From Camelus ferus (Eukaryota), in the NCBI RefSeq assembly GCF_009834535.1, contig NC_045697.1:85004001-85068000 (forward strand): a DNA stretch of 64,000 nt, given 5' to 3'. The position numbers were made by a program, and so were the translations under genes. Under the pieces are notes generated by a model, which saw only the letters and a program-made list of their open reading frames with translations, searched no databases and was not told where the DNA came from. Each line of letters opens with the position of its first letter. Within the stretch, counting starts at the first letter, position 1. Positions 62,883-64,000 of this stretch are shown piece by piece.

Positions 62883-64000
62883 CAGATTTTGACTCTAAAA
62901 AACGTATTACTTCCAAAATCTTGAAAGTCAGTGTCTGCTCTTTCTACATTAGGCTTTTCCCCATTGGAAATTCTTGCAAACTATTATTTACGTGTAATTA
63001 AGAATGCGATTCATACTAAAAAATATTAATTGCCAAAATAAGTGGTAGAAATAGTAAGTTATATAAATATATATGTTTACAAAAGCAAACTCATTCTTTA
63101 TAGTAAATAGAAAAATACAGATGGAAAAATTTGTGTTTCTTTAGTATATATTTTTCAGTGTCTGTTCAAAAGTATAATCTTATTTTTCTAGTTTCTGCAT
63201 TCCTTTTAATGCATTCACATACAGAAAATAGAATTCATAAAGATCAAATTGTTTTAAGTGTGTTTTACACTTAATTTTATTTTGCCTATTAAAAATACAA
63301 ACTTTTTGATGATAAGGGCATGTTTGCAATCATTCAGAATAATTTTGCACCCAGTAAGTAAATCTAGAGATCAAATTATTAGATTTAATTTTAGGAATCC
63401 ACGTTATTTTAAATAACCTTTGATATCTGATTTTTAATAATACAACAAAGACTTGATAAATAGCAAAGCTGAACAAAGTGAAAATGGTGTTAACAAGATA
63501 GCCTGGCAGCAGATATCAATTCTCACTTGTTAAATGCTTTGAGCATCACAGCCAATAACATAGCCTATCTAAAATCTAACATTGAATGAACACCAACAAA
63601 TTAAGAATTAAAATATTTTGAGTAAGTATTTTAATTTCTGAGTAAATAAATAAGTGACGTTCATTGCCTGCAAACATGATCTGGACTGTTACAAGATTGA
63701 AATTACAGACTTCCACGATGACATTCCACATTTTTCATCCTCACAAAACCAAATCTACATCTAGTTTTCAGTGGCCTCTAGAATTAATAGTTGGGGTTGG
63801 CCATCTCTGATGCAACAGAAGATCTTAGAACAGGAAATGTGTTATTAATCCTCACAAGTAATGGAGATTATTAAGAAATTTATGTCATGTAGTAGGTGTG
63901 AGCATGACAATCATTTTTTATGTATCTACATAAGAAACTTGTGTTACTAGTATTTCTTTTTCACATAAAATTATTAGAAAGAAATCAGCTTGATGCGCTA

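Noticed and set aside
1..64000. CRISPR arrays, prokaryotic operons, rRNA, NUMTs, snRNA copies or processed pseudogenes
   Set aside because: None recognised by eye; the sequence is mammalian repeat-rich non-coding DNA. Highly decayed copies could have been missed without a database search.

Overview
AT-rich, CpG-depleted mammalian nuclear DNA, intergenic or deep intronic. A tRNA-Ala(AGC)-derived SINE resembling camelid Vic-1 and the L1 subfamily suggest a camelid. No intact host protein-coding gene is recognisable. The ORF track is mostly chance ORFs, simple-repeat translations and decayed LINE-1 ORF1/ORF2. Much of the window is transposon-derived: L1 of several ages (often nested), L2, MIR, MaLR/ERVL LTRs and hAT-Charlie elements. 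The most notable object is a ~3.0 kb L1 at 16087-19095, bounded by a 17-bp target-site duplication (TSD). It keeps its GC-rich 5'UTR, ORF1 and 3' end but lacks almost all of ORF2 (EN, RT and CCHC), a HAL1-like or spliced-L1-like architecture. Other points of interest are a perfect 16-bp hairpin (24818-24860), a CpG-retaining promoter-like patch (~37.2-37.7 kb), a well-formed candidate minus-strand exon (297-477) and long pyrimidine tracts. Repeat subfamily names come from remembered consensus sequences, and boundaries of old repeats are approximate.
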